Source: Limnospira fusiformis SAG 85.79
GTDB taxonomy: Bacteria; Cyanobacteriota; Cyanobacteriia; Cyanobacteriales; Microcoleaceae
Length of the DNA stretch: 64,000 nt
Direction: 5' to 3'
Assembly: GCF_012516315.1 (NCBI RefSeq)
Contig: NZ_CP051185.1
Coordinates: 3,413,363 to 3,477,362, forward strand
A program made the position numbers and the translations under genes. Below, one piece after another: positions 43,799 to 53,553 of this stretch; within the stretch, counting starts at the first letter, position 1; every line of letters begins with the position of its first letter. The notes below the pieces were generated by a model. It was not told the origin of the DNA. It searched no databases and saw only the letters and a list, made by a program, of their open reading frames with translations.

Positions 43799-44932
43799 TT
43801 ACGCGACATTTTTCCGGTTGTTCCCGGACAATGCAACGATAGCACTATTACCCGTTAAGGTAACAGAGGCGGTATCCCGCAAAGCTTTTAGAAAGATTCC
43901 AAAAGCACCGTTCCAGTCCCTAGGTAGAGTGAACCCACACTCCGGACATCGGAACACTTTTGAGCCACCTAGCTGGGAATGCACATGACCACAGTGAGTA
44001 CAGGTTTTGCTGGTGTATTCTTCCGTCACATCTACAACTGTGGTTCCAGTTATTTCCCCTTGATGTCTCAGGGTTAGTTTGAATCGATAATGCGCCCATG
44101 TCAGCATGGCGCGGGCAGTCTTAGACCTGATTAGACGCTTCACCTTGGCAACCATATCGGAAGTCTCGAAGGTGGGCAAAAAAATTAGGCTGTAGTTGTG
44201 AGTCAAGTAGTGAGCAATTTGTTTGTGGGCTTCATCAACTAGATTGCGGATTTTGGTTCTCATTCGTTGAGCCGCTTGCCTCATCCGTCGCCTCCTTGAA
44301 CGACAGGGTTCCTTGGCGATTCGGCTCATTAAATCATCCAAATGTTGACATAGCCTAGTAATGCGTCCAATATCCCCGGAGCCCAATTCCAGAAATCGTG
44401 AACCATCAAACCCGGTTATGAAAGTTCGCACACCCGGGTCTAATGCAATCACGCCAGTAGCGTCAGTTGGGGTAACGGCAACTGGTTCAGGGAAAATCGC
44501 CAACCATCGACCTTTGGTAAACACCAACTGAGTCCCTTGCCCGCAAGTTTTAGGGATGGGTTCGGAAACCATGAAAGTTAATCCTTTCGTGAGTCTTGGA
44601 TACCAACTCCCTGAAGAGAAATTAGCATCGTTAAACTTGATGGCTTGAGAACTATCCCGACAGCTCCTAAACCTTGCGCCAGGACTGGCTGAAAAGGCGA
44701 GATAGGCATCAAAGATAGCATTCTGCCGAATGTGGCAGGGTGTTTCTTTGACCCATGCAGGCAAGTCGCTCTGCATCACTTCGTTGCGTAATTTCAGTTT
44801 GCTTAGTCGTTTACCACTCCGGGATAATGCAATTGCTTGGTTGTAGCAATACCGACAAGCGGCCAACCATTTGCGCCAGACTTGATTTAGCTCGGGGCTG
44901 GGGTAAATCCGGATCTTCTTTGACCTGAGTTT
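43799..44932 (-). CDS. tnpB: TnpB (OrfB_IS605, RuvC-like + zinc ribbon) of the IS607-like element
   Basis: KIRIYPSPELNQVWRKWLAACRYCYNQAI N-terminus; RuvC motifs; C-terminal CTHCG...CPECG zinc finger. No canonical ATG at the expected start, so translation may be coupled to the tnpA frame. Confidence 0.75.
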   Translation of the reverse strand, partial: KLRSKKIRIYPSPELNQVWRKWLAACRYCYNQAIALSRSGKRLSKLKLRNEVMQSDLPAWVKETPCHIRQNAIFDAYLAFSASPGARFRSCRDSSQAIKFNDANFSSGSWYPRLTKGLTFMVSEPIPKTCGQGTQLVFTKGRWLAIFPEPVAVTPTDATGVIALDPGVRTFITGFDGSRFLELGSGDIGRITRLCQHLDDLMSRIAKEPCRSRRRRMRQAAQRMRTKIRNLVDEAHKQIAHYLTHNYSLIFLPTFETSDMVAKVKRLIRSKTARAMLTWAHYRFKLTLRHQGEITGTTVVDVTEEYTSKTCTHCGHVHSQLGGSKVFRCPECGFTLPRDWNGAFGIFLKALRDTASVTLTGNSAIVALSGNNRKNVA

Positions 44933-45480
44933 TGTATTTACTCCGTCCGTATAATCGGGAACTGAAGCAGTGGAGGATGGCGAGGATGTCCTCAACCATT
45001 TCTGGTTCTGGACTGAGACTTGTCTGGTTGAGAACCATGAGTGAACACCTGTTTTGCTCACAGAGCCATCGAAACAAGTCAAATCCCCATATTGCCAATC
45101 AGTCTTTGTGGGCAACGACAACCATGCCGACATCTCCTGACAAATGATGTCCCAGTAAGGCCAGCATTTTCTTTCCCTTGAAGTTGAGCCCGCCTCGGAT
45201 TTCTGAGACGACTTCTGCTTCGGGGTAGAGGTTGGACAGTGCGGCCACCTGTCGGTTGAGGTCTGACTGCTGGGCGCGGCTACTAACTCTGGCATAGATA
45301 ACGACTTTGCGTTTGTCACTGCCTGATTTGGCAGCAGTATATCACTCAACGTTGTATCGTCGTTGCCCAGCGGGGGTTCTGATGGTCTCGATTGAGCCAT
45401 TGTCGTCCCATCTGCGGAGTGTTCTTTCATGGACTCCAAGGATTTGGGTGGCTTCCTTGGGTTTGACATATCTGGCAATA
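44811..45480 (-). pseudogene. tnpA: IS607-type serine recombinase tnpA, disrupted
   Basis: Frame B reads ...RRYNVE*YTAAKSGSDKRKVVIYARVSSRAQQSDLNRQ...VVVAHKD*. It then shifts to the 95-aa ORF RLARFGFDLFRWLCEQ...ILHCFSSRLYGRSKYK (resolvase catalytic Ser in YARVSS). Confidence 0.7.
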
Positions 45481-46079
45481 GGTTTATCCTCAACCCTTCT
45501 CGCTTATTATACTGTATTGCCCTAAAATATTAACCGAATTTGTGATTAAATCATGCTCTCTCCACGCTAAAGCAACGGAGATTCGGGAATGAACCAAAAG
45601 TTCTCACAGGCGTAGTCAAAGCGCCCCTATAGGTAGCCATAAGGCTTCCCTTTACTTTTTTTCGATGTCCCTTTTGCCTCTCGCCGATGAAACCACTTTG
45701 CTACCGACATTTCTGCATTATGCAAGTCTGCCCTCACGGGATGTTAAGCCCCTTTCATTCGGGTCTTAGAGAAGGCAGTTATATGATACCATAGCACCCG
45801 CCGGCGTAAGCACGCCTGTCGCTTTTCCTCCCCGTTAAAGAGACGGGGCTACCAAGCCACCGAGCTTTCAGCGTGTTGAGATCTTAAAACTTCCAGCAGT
45901 AGCCGTGGTGCAACCCACAGAATCAATCGTCCGGTATGATGACTTATCCGCAGTCCCCACAGCGGGTTTAGGCATAACCCAAACAAATCTTACCCAAAAA
46001 TTCCCTGAGCAACTACCCTTGTTTTGACGCTCCCCGCTCTAAATAGACGGGGATTCTTCATTCATAGACTTGCCATAAT

Positions 46080-47099
46080 TTAGCAGGATTTCTCCAACCA
46101 AACTAGAGGGCAAATCTCTGAAGCTTGAGATTTGGTGCGCCCCACCATACTTAATCCTTTTGGCAATATGTTTAAAGCAGCGTTTCTATCACGGAAGTCT
46201 GTATATCTGCAATGAGGGCAGACATGAGTGCGAGTAGATAACGACTTTTCTACCCTTTGGTCACAATTAGAACAATTCTGAGAAGTATTATGGGGTGGAA
46301 CAGCAATAACCAATTTGCCATACTTATCCCCAAAATACCCTCGCCATCGTTTAAAAGTAGCCCATCCTGCATCGGTTATCGACTTGGCTAAACGATGATT
46401 TATAACCATACCTCGAACATTCAAGTCTTCACAAACTACCAAACCGTTAGATTGGACTAAACGGAGTGCCACGCTTTTGACAAACTCTTCTCGCTGTCTG
46501 CTTACTCTTAAATGTTTTTTGGCCTAAGGAGTTAAAGGGGTTATGGTATCTCTAGGATCTAATTTTATGGAGAATTGAACATAATATCCATCTGCTTGTC
46601 TAATAATCCTCACTCGCTTAATCTGTTCAGGCTGATAGTAATTAATATCCCTAGAGCCGATCAGCTTGAGCTTACCAATACCTTTTTGGTCGGTAAAAGT
46701 GATCTGCCGTTTATTGTCTGATAGTTTCCATCCAGAGACTTTATATTCTACCGAACGAGAATGTTTTTTGAATCTTGGATACCCCTTCTTCCCCTTGACC
46801 TGGTTTTGGCAATTCTCGTAAAAACGAGTAATGGCACCGAGAACCCTTTCAACTGTCGTTTGACAAGCATGATAGTTTAAATCCTTGACCAAATCAAACA
46901 CCTTCCGCAGTGCTGTGTTGCATCGAAATAAGTCAACCTTACCTATGCCACGATTGTCCATCCAATAACGAAGCACCTTATTGCCGACAAACTGTGCTGT
47001 CCGTATTGCTTCATCAATGGCTTCGACTTGATGTGGCTTGGGTTGGACTTTGTATTCGATCACCAACATTTTGACACTGTACGCGCTGGTATCAGCCAT
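46080..47099 (-). pseudogene. second tnpB (IS605/IS1341-type), internally deleted (RuvC-I region missing) and split
   Basis: The 191-aa N-terminal part (MLVIEYKVQPKP...) and the 130-aa C-terminal part (VVCEDLNVRGM...NTSQNCSNCDQ...HVCPHCRYT) are only 52 bp apart, so ~70 aa including the GIDxG motif are absent. A CGCGGGTT-AA-AACCCGCG hairpin at 47118..47140 resembles an IS200/605 end structure. Confidence 0.7.
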
Positions 47100-47409
47100 T
47101 ATAGCCTAAAAAATAAACGCGGGTTAAAACCCGCGAGTCGCCCTAACCCTCCCTTGAAAGACGAGGGCTTGCGGGCATCCCGTGTGATTTTCGTCAGATC
47201 CATAGCCAAAATTTTGGTGAAAATTTCTTGATTTCCTCCACAAGATCTTCACAATCTCATGGTTTGATGAGAATTAACTACTTTAGTAAACCGCCAGCAC
47301 CCCTTTTATAAAATCGCTGGCCTATATGATCAAAGCATAGCCTGAGTCCATCGGACTTGGGCTATGTTGTCTGCGAGGAAAAAGTTGGTTTTTGCCGGGG
47401 CGGGTTTAT

Positions 47410-48051
47410 TTACAGTTCCAGAACAGCAACCACTAGCCTGTAACATAGAAGCTGATCATCAGAATTCCGCTTTTTCCAAGGTTGAGAAAGGCTAAGAACC
47501 ACCAGACATTCAGGACTTAAAATATAGTCATTGTCTAGTTTAGTACAAAGCTCTGGATCAGTCACGTTTAAGACCAAGCTGTTACCGCCCTCTAAAGGAA
47601 TTTCCCCTTTCCACTTCCCGTAATTATTGCACCAAGTTTTAAACCCGTCAACCTTGACTATTTGTAATGTACGTCTTTGATGGCGAGGCAATGAAGATAT
47701 GTATGAATAGGGGATAGCATTCAGCCAATCATGACAATGACTATGAATAATTTCATCATCACAATAACAAACTACGTCCATAGGGCTAACTCTGCCAATG
47801 TGCTTCCAGGAACCCCTTAAAATCAGTCTATTCTCGTATTCATATCCATTTCCTGTATCACTTAGAGGTATATCAACGATATCCAGAGGTTGGATAAGCC
47901 TTCCATTAATCTGAGACATATTTACCGGAATGCGACCATCATCCAATCTAGTCACAGGACGAACCCATTTACCTGTAGATATTTCTATCCCAGCAATACA
48001 ACGGTCATTGTTCTTCCGAGAATTAGCAAGACAAATTAATTTTGACATCAT
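47410..48051 (-). CDS. hypothetical Cys/His-rich protein (N-terminal MMSKLICLANSRKNNDRCIAG)
   Basis: 213-aa ORF, 9 bp downstream of the DUF488 gene. Contains a CYCDDEIIHSHCHDW cluster. Confidence 0.5.
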   Translation of the reverse strand: MMSKLICLANSRKNNDRCIAGIEISTGKWVRPVTRLDDGRIPVNMSQINGRLIQPLDIVDIPLSDTGNGYEYENRLILRGSWKHIGRVSPMDVVCYCDDEIIHSHCHDWLNAIPYSYISSLPRHQRRTLQIVKVDGFKTWCNNYGKWKGEIPLEGGNSLVLNVTDPELCTKLDNDYILSPECLVVLSLSQPWKKRNSDDQLLCYRLVVAVLEL

Positions 48052-48060
48052 CCTTACGAC

Positions 48061-48540
48061 TTATAGGTGATGAATGTTTATATTTCCCCATTTTTGGTTT
48101 AAGTATTCAGCAACTAAGCGACGATGACAGTTATGAGGTTTAGCCTCACTGCAAAGCAAACAGGCTCCATGAGCTAAATCTGGGGACAGTTTTTTTTCGA
48201 TTTGACGCTCCTCCATCAGCGTTAAAAATTTCTGCTCGTATATCGACCAATCTCCTTTTTTCTTTTTGTACTCATCAAGAATATCTTTGGTGGGAGCCAA
48301 GTCTAAAATATGCACATAATCAATATCGTTGATAGTTTTCAAGAAATACTCTAAGTCGGCTCTTTTAGCGAATCCCGCCAATTGAGATACGTTATTTAGG
48401 CGAGTGTCTATAACTGTCTTAACACCTGCTTTTTTAAGAGTTTCAAAGAAATTTTGTGCGCTCTTTTTAGTGAAACCTATGGTGAATAAATCAACCTTAT
48501 TTTTCATGGCTATTATCCGGTTCGACATAAGCAATCTCAT
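48061..48540 (-). CDS. DUF488 family protein
   Basis: DLFTIGFTKKSAQNFFETLKKAGVKTVIDTRLNN ... LLCSEAKPHNCHRRLVAEYL are both DUF488 hallmarks. Confidence 0.65.
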   Translation of the reverse strand: MRLLMSNRIIAMKNKVDLFTIGFTKKSAQNFFETLKKAGVKTVIDTRLNNVSQLAGFAKRADLEYFLKTINDIDYVHILDLAPTKDILDEYKKKKGDWSIYEQKFLTLMEERQIEKKLSPDLAHGACLLCSEAKPHNCHRRLVAEYLNQKWGNINIHHL

Positions 48541-49129
48541 CCCCCTGAAGTCGATAAGCTTGGCTCAAGCATTCTTCTCTTGTCGGTAAAATTTGGGGGG
48601 AAAATAGGGAAAGCTGAACTTCTTGTGAATCGCCAAAATCCCTAAAACCATGCTTGACAAGCATTCTATCTTCCAAATGCTCATGAGATTCTAAATCACC
48701 ATTCTTGAGGATGTGATTTATAGGGATATCCAAATCCCGTAAGTGCTGACAGACCAAGATGGCTCTGTGACAGGTTAATGGATCTTTTTCAGCACACATC
48801 AGCGAAATCTTATGTTTTTTCAAACCTTTCTGAAGTCGCTTAATTCCTTGGTGAAACGCATCTGTGAGGGCAATTCTTTCATATACGGCTTTACCATTGA
48901 TATAGCAGTCGGGGTTACTAGGTCTTGCACCCAGTTCCCGTCCCAGAAAAACATATTGAATTCCCTCTTTAGCGAGAAACTCTTGTAGGGATGAGCGATT
49001 GAAATGTGACAAGAATCGGCTGTAGGGATGTGAACGTACATCAGCAACAGCGGTTACTTGATGCTTTTGGAGCAGGGAGATAAAAGCATCTATCTCATGA
49101 TTAGAGTGACCGATACTGAATAACTCCAT
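48497..49129 (-). CDS. DUF488 family protein (long form with C-terminal extension)
   Basis: MELFSIGHSNHEIDAFISLLQKHQVTAVADVRSHPYSR ... LMCAEKDPLTCHRAILVCQHL. Overlaps the next gene by 44 nt. Confidence 0.65.
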   Translation of the reverse strand: MELFSIGHSNHEIDAFISLLQKHQVTAVADVRSHPYSRFLSHFNRSSLQEFLAKEGIQYVFLGRELGARPSNPDCYINGKAVYERIALTDAFHQGIKRLQKGLKKHKISLMCAEKDPLTCHRAILVCQHLRDLDIPINHILKNGDLESHEHLEDRMLVKHGFRDFGDSQEVQLSLFSPQILPTREECLSQAYRLQGDEIAYVEPDNSHEK

Positions 49130-49315
49130 GCTGCTCCTCTGTTGTTACCTAGTCATACCATCTTATATAGTAGGGTTCATCCAGGTATATGAACCGTGGT
49201 TATTATGATAGTACAGACGCGCTTGGCTTGTCAATCTTAACCAGTTTCCCAATCAGGTAGAGGGGGGATATCTAACTATTCATCAGACAAGGGCAACTCA
49301 GCACAACTGCGATCG

Positions 49316-49390
49316 CCCTATCCCATAACCCCTATGCCATAGGCCATAACCCATAACCCCTATCCCATAACCCCTATGCCATAGGCCAAT
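49316..49390. repeat. short tandem repeat (CCCATAA / CCCCTAT[C/G]CCATAGG units)
   Basis: cccataacccctatgccataggccataacccataacccctatcccataacccctatgccatagg; STRR-like heptamer-based repeats. Confidence 0.6.
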
Positions 49391-49557
49391 TATCCCCCGG
49401 ATTAGCTTCCCAGGGAAAAGCGATCGCTTCTGCAAACATTAACGGGGAGGTGGAGGCGAAAATTGCCCCCAATGTATTCGCACACGCAGCAGGATTTTGG
49501 CACTGGGGAGTTGATAACCCGTAACTACCCCAACGCCCAGGGCTATAATTATCCCGA

Positions 49558-50023
49558 TCAACCCCCGATCGCCACAAACGCAGCCCAGTAGTAAGGAGAT
49601 GAAAAAGGTTGACTCTCGGATTTTTTGCCCCATTGCAAGGTAAATTTCATCTGCTCCTGCCATTTCGGTGCAATCGCCGGACAACTATCAATCCAGTCTA
49701 ACAAATTTTGCACTGTGGCTTCTCGCAGCCATTTCTGAGTCTGCTGCAACGCCGGAGCCACTGATGAATTAGGCTGCTGGTGGAGAATTTCATAAAAGCG
49801 AATCATTAAGATGGCAGTGGATAAATCATGTACACTCCACAGGGAGCAGACCACATTAGCAGAACCCGCCAAAAGAAATCCACTGGCTAAACTGATATAT
49901 TCATCGGTTTGGTCAACGGCGACTTGTCCAGTTTCAGAGGCGGAAAGGGTTACAAGGCGGCAGTTGCTCAGGTTCAGTTGGGTGATGATTTGTTCTAGGG
50001 GATTGGTGACAACTTAAGGCTAG
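49558..50023 (-). pseudogene. C-terminal fragment of a CHAT-domain (caspase-like) protease, N-terminus deleted
   Basis: Reads VVTNPLEQIITQLNLSNCRLVTLSASETGQVAVDQ...LLAGSANVVCSLWSVHDLSTAILMIRFYE...SPYYWAAFVAIGG. These are CHAT C-terminal signatures, but Ser replaces the usual catalytic Cys in SAC-E-T. Confidence 0.65.
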
Positions 50024-50473
50024 AGTGTAATTGTCAAGCTACTTTCGACAGCAGTTTGATGGAATGAGTCGTCCTCGCAAAAACAACCCAGATCATACTC
50101 GCCGCCACAATATGCCAGGGCCAAGTAGCGACGCGATTAAAGCCCACCTGAGCGACTTGTTGAGACCTGTGGTTCACGAGCAATTGAAATACTATCGCCA
50201 GTTGGGGTTGCGCTAACGAATTGTGGGGCTTCCTCTAATGGTGGCAGCAGTGTTGAGCCTGTTATGGCCTCAAAATGTGGGATCTCAAACCTTTCCATCC
50301 AAACCTCTAGCAACCTCTGAAAAAAACTGGGAGTTCCAACCAAGAAACCCCAGCTTTTTCCTTGTCTTCAAAAATGTGATCGCCCTGATCTGTAGTCTGT
50401 CTGAAACGTCCCTGCATCATGACCCAGCCTACTATTGATCACCATGACCCACAGGAAGCCATATCTGCGCAAA

Positions 50474-52471
50474 CTAGCGAATGTACTTTTTAAGAATACT
50501 ATTGCGATCGGAATGGCGGAGTTTACGCAACGCTTTAGCCTCAATTTGGCGAATGCGTTCGCGAGTCACATTAAAAATTTTGCCGATTTCTTCAAGAGTT
50601 TTCATCCGCCCATCATCGAGCCCGTAACGAAGTCGCAGGATATCCCGTTCACTGGGGCTTAATGTATCTAAGACACTTTCAAGATCTTCGCGCAACAACT
50701 TTTTAGAGACTTGAGCTTCAGGGGTTTCACCATCAGATTCAATGAAATCCCCCGGCTCTGGCTCTTCGGTAGGTGGGGGCGGTTCCTCAACTACAGAGGA
50801 GGATTCCAACTGTTCCGCATACTCTATATATGCTCCTCCCAATGACCTTAAAACCTGAGCCGTTACCCGGGCAAAAGCGATCGCATTCCCCTGAACTTCC
50901 CCTTCCCCTAACTGTTGCGGATTTCTCAAAATCGCCCCAAAATCTTCTACCGCAAAGCCCAAATTCCTCGCCACATAACCAGAAATCTCATCAATCACCC
51001 TCACCGTCTCATCCACCGGCATCAACTCTAACAATAACTCCCGGACTCCCGGCATAAAATCATATTGCACCAACTCTGGGTCAGTATCGATATTAATCTC
51101 CGATATCGGCTGCAATAACCCACCCAAAAACACCTCCGCTACATGGACTGGCAACGACTCTTTTAACAAATTTTCCTGAATCAACCGCACCACAGGTAAG
51201 GTAATCACAGGGGCTGCCGCCAACAACCCGGCTAATTTCCGCCCTACCCGAGAAGCCGTTGCCCGAAACCCGTTTACCCGCTTTTCCGCCGTCAATTCTC
51301 CCCCAGAATTGGGTCTGCGCCTCCGTCCTTGATGTTCTGCACACTTAAATAGATATCCTGCCGCCCAAACTTTACCTTTCCCCGCCAATAATCGCGCCCA
51401 AGTCCCTACGGATTCCGGTTCTAAGGTAAAAATCGGCACTTTCACCACCGAATGAGCCACTTCCTCATCCCACCACAAGGGGAATTCATCAACCTTTAAA
51501 TTCTGATTCCAATCTCCGGGATTGAGTCCCTGTAACCTCACCAACGCTTCCCAACCTAAACCGCTTCTTTTCCACATCCATTCAGGCAGCATCTGCAAAA
51601 TAGCCATCGACCCCCGTTTCGCCCACAGGTCTAAAATGGGAGTCATTTTCCCCTCTCGCCACACTTTCGAGACACAATCACTCACCACAATCACTAACCG
51701 TCGCCCAGTGGGGTCGATTAATTCCTTGGGACTGCGAGGGGCTTGATGTTTCGCCGTTGCCCCAATCCCCCGCCGAATTTTGACCGCTTCCGGGTTATCG
51801 GTGAGCAAACTCCAAACTCGGACATCTCGGAAAATTCCATAGTTCTTGAGGAGTTTTTCTAAGTCTCGCAGGGTATGCCGCCACAGCAACATCGAGAGGG
51901 AATCCTCAATCACTAAATCTAAGTCTAACCAAGGTTCTAGGCGAGGTTTTAAAACCGGAATCCAAATCCCTTGGCTGGCAATTTGTTCGCTAGTGGCGAC
52001 TTCATCAATCACCCAATCTCGTCCCCCAGAAACTCGACGCATCAGGGGTTTTAAGGCTCTGGCTAAGGTCAGAGGTTCCCGGAGTGAGGGGGCATCGGAA
52101 ACTCGAATGGGTAAACCCCCTCCACCCGCAGCGGTTTGACTGGGTTCCGGTTTAGGGACAATTTCCCCTTGGGGCGGTTGGGGGGTTGCTGGGGTAGCAG
52201 GGGCAGGAGGTTGGTTTTCTGGGAGATTCTCTGGAGGGGTTGTGGCGGAATCCTCTGGGGTAGGGGGTTGAGGGGCTGGTTCTGTGGGCGGTTGGGATGA
52301 ACTGCTGCTGTCGGTGGGGGGTTCAGCCCCAGGAGAAGCACTGGCTTCCTCTGGGGGGGTTACAGATTCAGAATATTGGTCAATGTGGCAAGCCAGCCAA
52401 AAGACATCCGCAATATCTTGGGCGGAGAGTTGAAATTCCTGTTGTAAGGCTTGAACCAAGTCGGGATTCAT
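50474..52471 (-). CDS. MoxR-associated protein: Pro-rich N-terminal linker, possible vWA-like middle region, C-terminal sigma-70 region 3.2-4 module
   Basis: The last ~95 aa ([92 protein letters not shown]) are near-consensus group 1/2 sigma region 3.2 + 4.2. The start ATG overlaps the MoxR stop (ATGA). Confidence 0.6.
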   Translation of the reverse strand: MNPDLVQALQQEFQLSAQDIADVFWLACHIDQYSESVTPPEEASASPGAEPPTDSSSSSQPPTEPAPQPPTPEDSATTPPENLPENQPPAPATPATPQPPQGEIVPKPEPSQTAAGGGGLPIRVSDAPSLREPLTLARALKPLMRRVSGGRDWVIDEVATSEQIASQGIWIPVLKPRLEPWLDLDLVIEDSLSMLLWRHTLRDLEKLLKNYGIFRDVRVWSLLTDNPEAVKIRRGIGATAKHQAPRSPKELIDPTGRRLVIVVSDCVSKVWREGKMTPILDLWAKRGSMAILQMLPEWMWKRSGLGWEALVRLQGLNPGDWNQNLKVDEFPLWWDEEVAHSVVKVPIFTLEPESVGTWARLLAGKGKVWAAGYLFKCAEHQGRRRRPNSGGELTAEKRVNGFRATASRVGRKLAGLLAAAPVITLPVVRLIQENLLKESLPVHVAEVFLGGLLQPISEINIDTDPELVQYDFMPGVRELLLELMPVDETVRVIDEISGYVARNLGFAVEDFGAILRNPQQLGEGEVQGNAIAFARVTAQVLRSLGGAYIEYAEQLESSSVVEEPPPPTEEPEPGDFIESDGETPEAQVSKKLLREDLESVLDTLSPSERDILRLRYGLDDGRMKTLEEIGKIFNVTRERIRQIEAKALRKLRHSDRNSILKKYIR

Positions 52472-53553
52472 TAGTCTTCTGAACTGTTCAGATACTTCAT
52501 TAAGATTGTTACCAAATCTTGCTCGTCGCTGACTTCCGGTTTTAAGTCTCGCGTCACCATATAAATGGCATTTAAGAGTTGGTCGGTGGCGAGGTCTCCC
52601 TGGCTGCGACGCTTGATAAACTGGTCGATGAGTTGATTAATTTTTGCGGGGTTTTGGGTGAGGCTATCTTCCCCTAAATGGGCTTCGACAATTTCTTTTA
52701 AGGCGGTAGAATTGGGTTGATAGGGCATGGATAGTCTTAAACAACGCCGGAGAAAAGCTGGGGGAAAATCCCGTTCTCCATTGTTGGTGAGGATAATCAA
52801 GGGAAAGTTACAGCAGCGAATTTTCCCATTTTGGACGGGAACTGAAATTCCATCAGCGGTGGTGACTTCGACTTGATTTTGCTCTGGGCTAATGCGGGCG
52901 AGTTCGGGAATGGGGAATTCCCCTTCTTCAAATAGGTTGAGGAGGTCGTTGGGGAGGTTGATGTCACTTTTATCAATCTCATCGATGAGTAGAACTCTGG
53001 GACGATGAGCGGGTAAGAGGGCGGTTCCTAATGGACCGAGGGTGATGTAACGACCGATATCTTTACTTTGGTCGCCCATTTGAACGTCCTGGAGACGGGC
53101 GATCGCATCATAACGATAGAGTCCATCTTGCAAGGTGGAACGAGCGGTAATATACCACGGCAACACCGGACCCAGTTTCAATTCGTAAGCCACCGCATAG
53201 GCTAAGGAGGTTTTCCCCGTTCCCGGTTTCCCGGTTACTAACAGGGGTCGCCTCAGATATAAGGCAGCATTGACCATATTCACCACCCGATTTTGCTCCT
53301 GGGTCTCAGGGCTATGAATCCGAAAACTTTTCCCCCGTTTTTGGTCGCGAGTTTCCGAGTCCAAAGTCTGTAAAAAATCGTTCCAGCGGCTGGCAATTTC
53401 TGCCACCAAACTCTCTTCTACTCCCGTAAACTGTCGCCAACTCGGAGGCGGCGGCAATTTCTCAATCCCATCATGGGGGTCATGATTTCCTTGAAAGATT
53501 TTCCAGGTGTTCATAGGGTTAGGTGGGTTATTCTCCGGGTTGCATGAGTTCAA
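52471..53553 (-). CDS. MoxR-type AAA+ ATPase (AAA_5)
   Basis: Walker [16 protein letters not shown]; Walker [12 protein letters not shown]; sensor regions; ~100-aa N-terminal extension. Confidence 0.8.
   Translation of the reverse strand: MNSCNPENNPPNPMNTWKIFQGNHDPHDGIEKLPPPPSWRQFTGVEESLVAEIASRWNDFLQTLDSETRDQKRGKSFRIHSPETQEQNRVVNMVNAALYLRRPLLVTGKPGTGKTSLAYAVAYELKLGPVLPWYITARSTLQDGLYRYDAIARLQDVQMGDQSKDIGRYITLGPLGTALLPAHRPRVLLIDEIDKSDINLPNDLLNLFEEGEFPIPELARISPEQNQVEVTTADGISVPVQNGKIRCCNFPLIILTNNGERDFPPAFLRRCLRLSMPYQPNSTALKEIVEAHLGEDSLTQNPAKINQLIDQFIKRRSQGDLATDQLLNAIYMVTRDLKPEVSDEQDLVTILMKYLNSSED

Larger units (their letters stand above)
43750..45560 (-). mobile_element. IS607-family insertion element (tnpA pseudogene + tnpB), right end ~130 bp upstream of cysH
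   Basis: tnpB at 43799..44932. Upstream lies a serine-recombinase tnpA with a MerR-like HTH (LGVHERTLRRWDDNGSIETIRTPAGQRRY), broken by an in-frame TGA and a frameshift. The annotated 564-aa ORF is a read-through artefact of these. Confidence 0.75.

Noticed and set aside
43799-45493. 564-aa ORF as a single giant TnpB with a 190-aa N-terminal extension
   Set aside because: The N-terminal 190 aa come from reading through the decayed tnpA region in the wrong frame. The genuine tnpA frames (HTH, YARVSS, ILHCFSSRLYG) are visible in the other two frames, and TnpB proper begins near KLRSKKIRIYPSP.
45560-46080. tRNA, tmRNA, RNase P RNA or group II intron domain V
   Set aside because: None of GGTTCGAATCC-type T-loops, the RNase P P4 strands (AGGAAAGUCCGGGCUCC / ACAGAACCCGGCUUA) or the domain V consensus is present on either strand.
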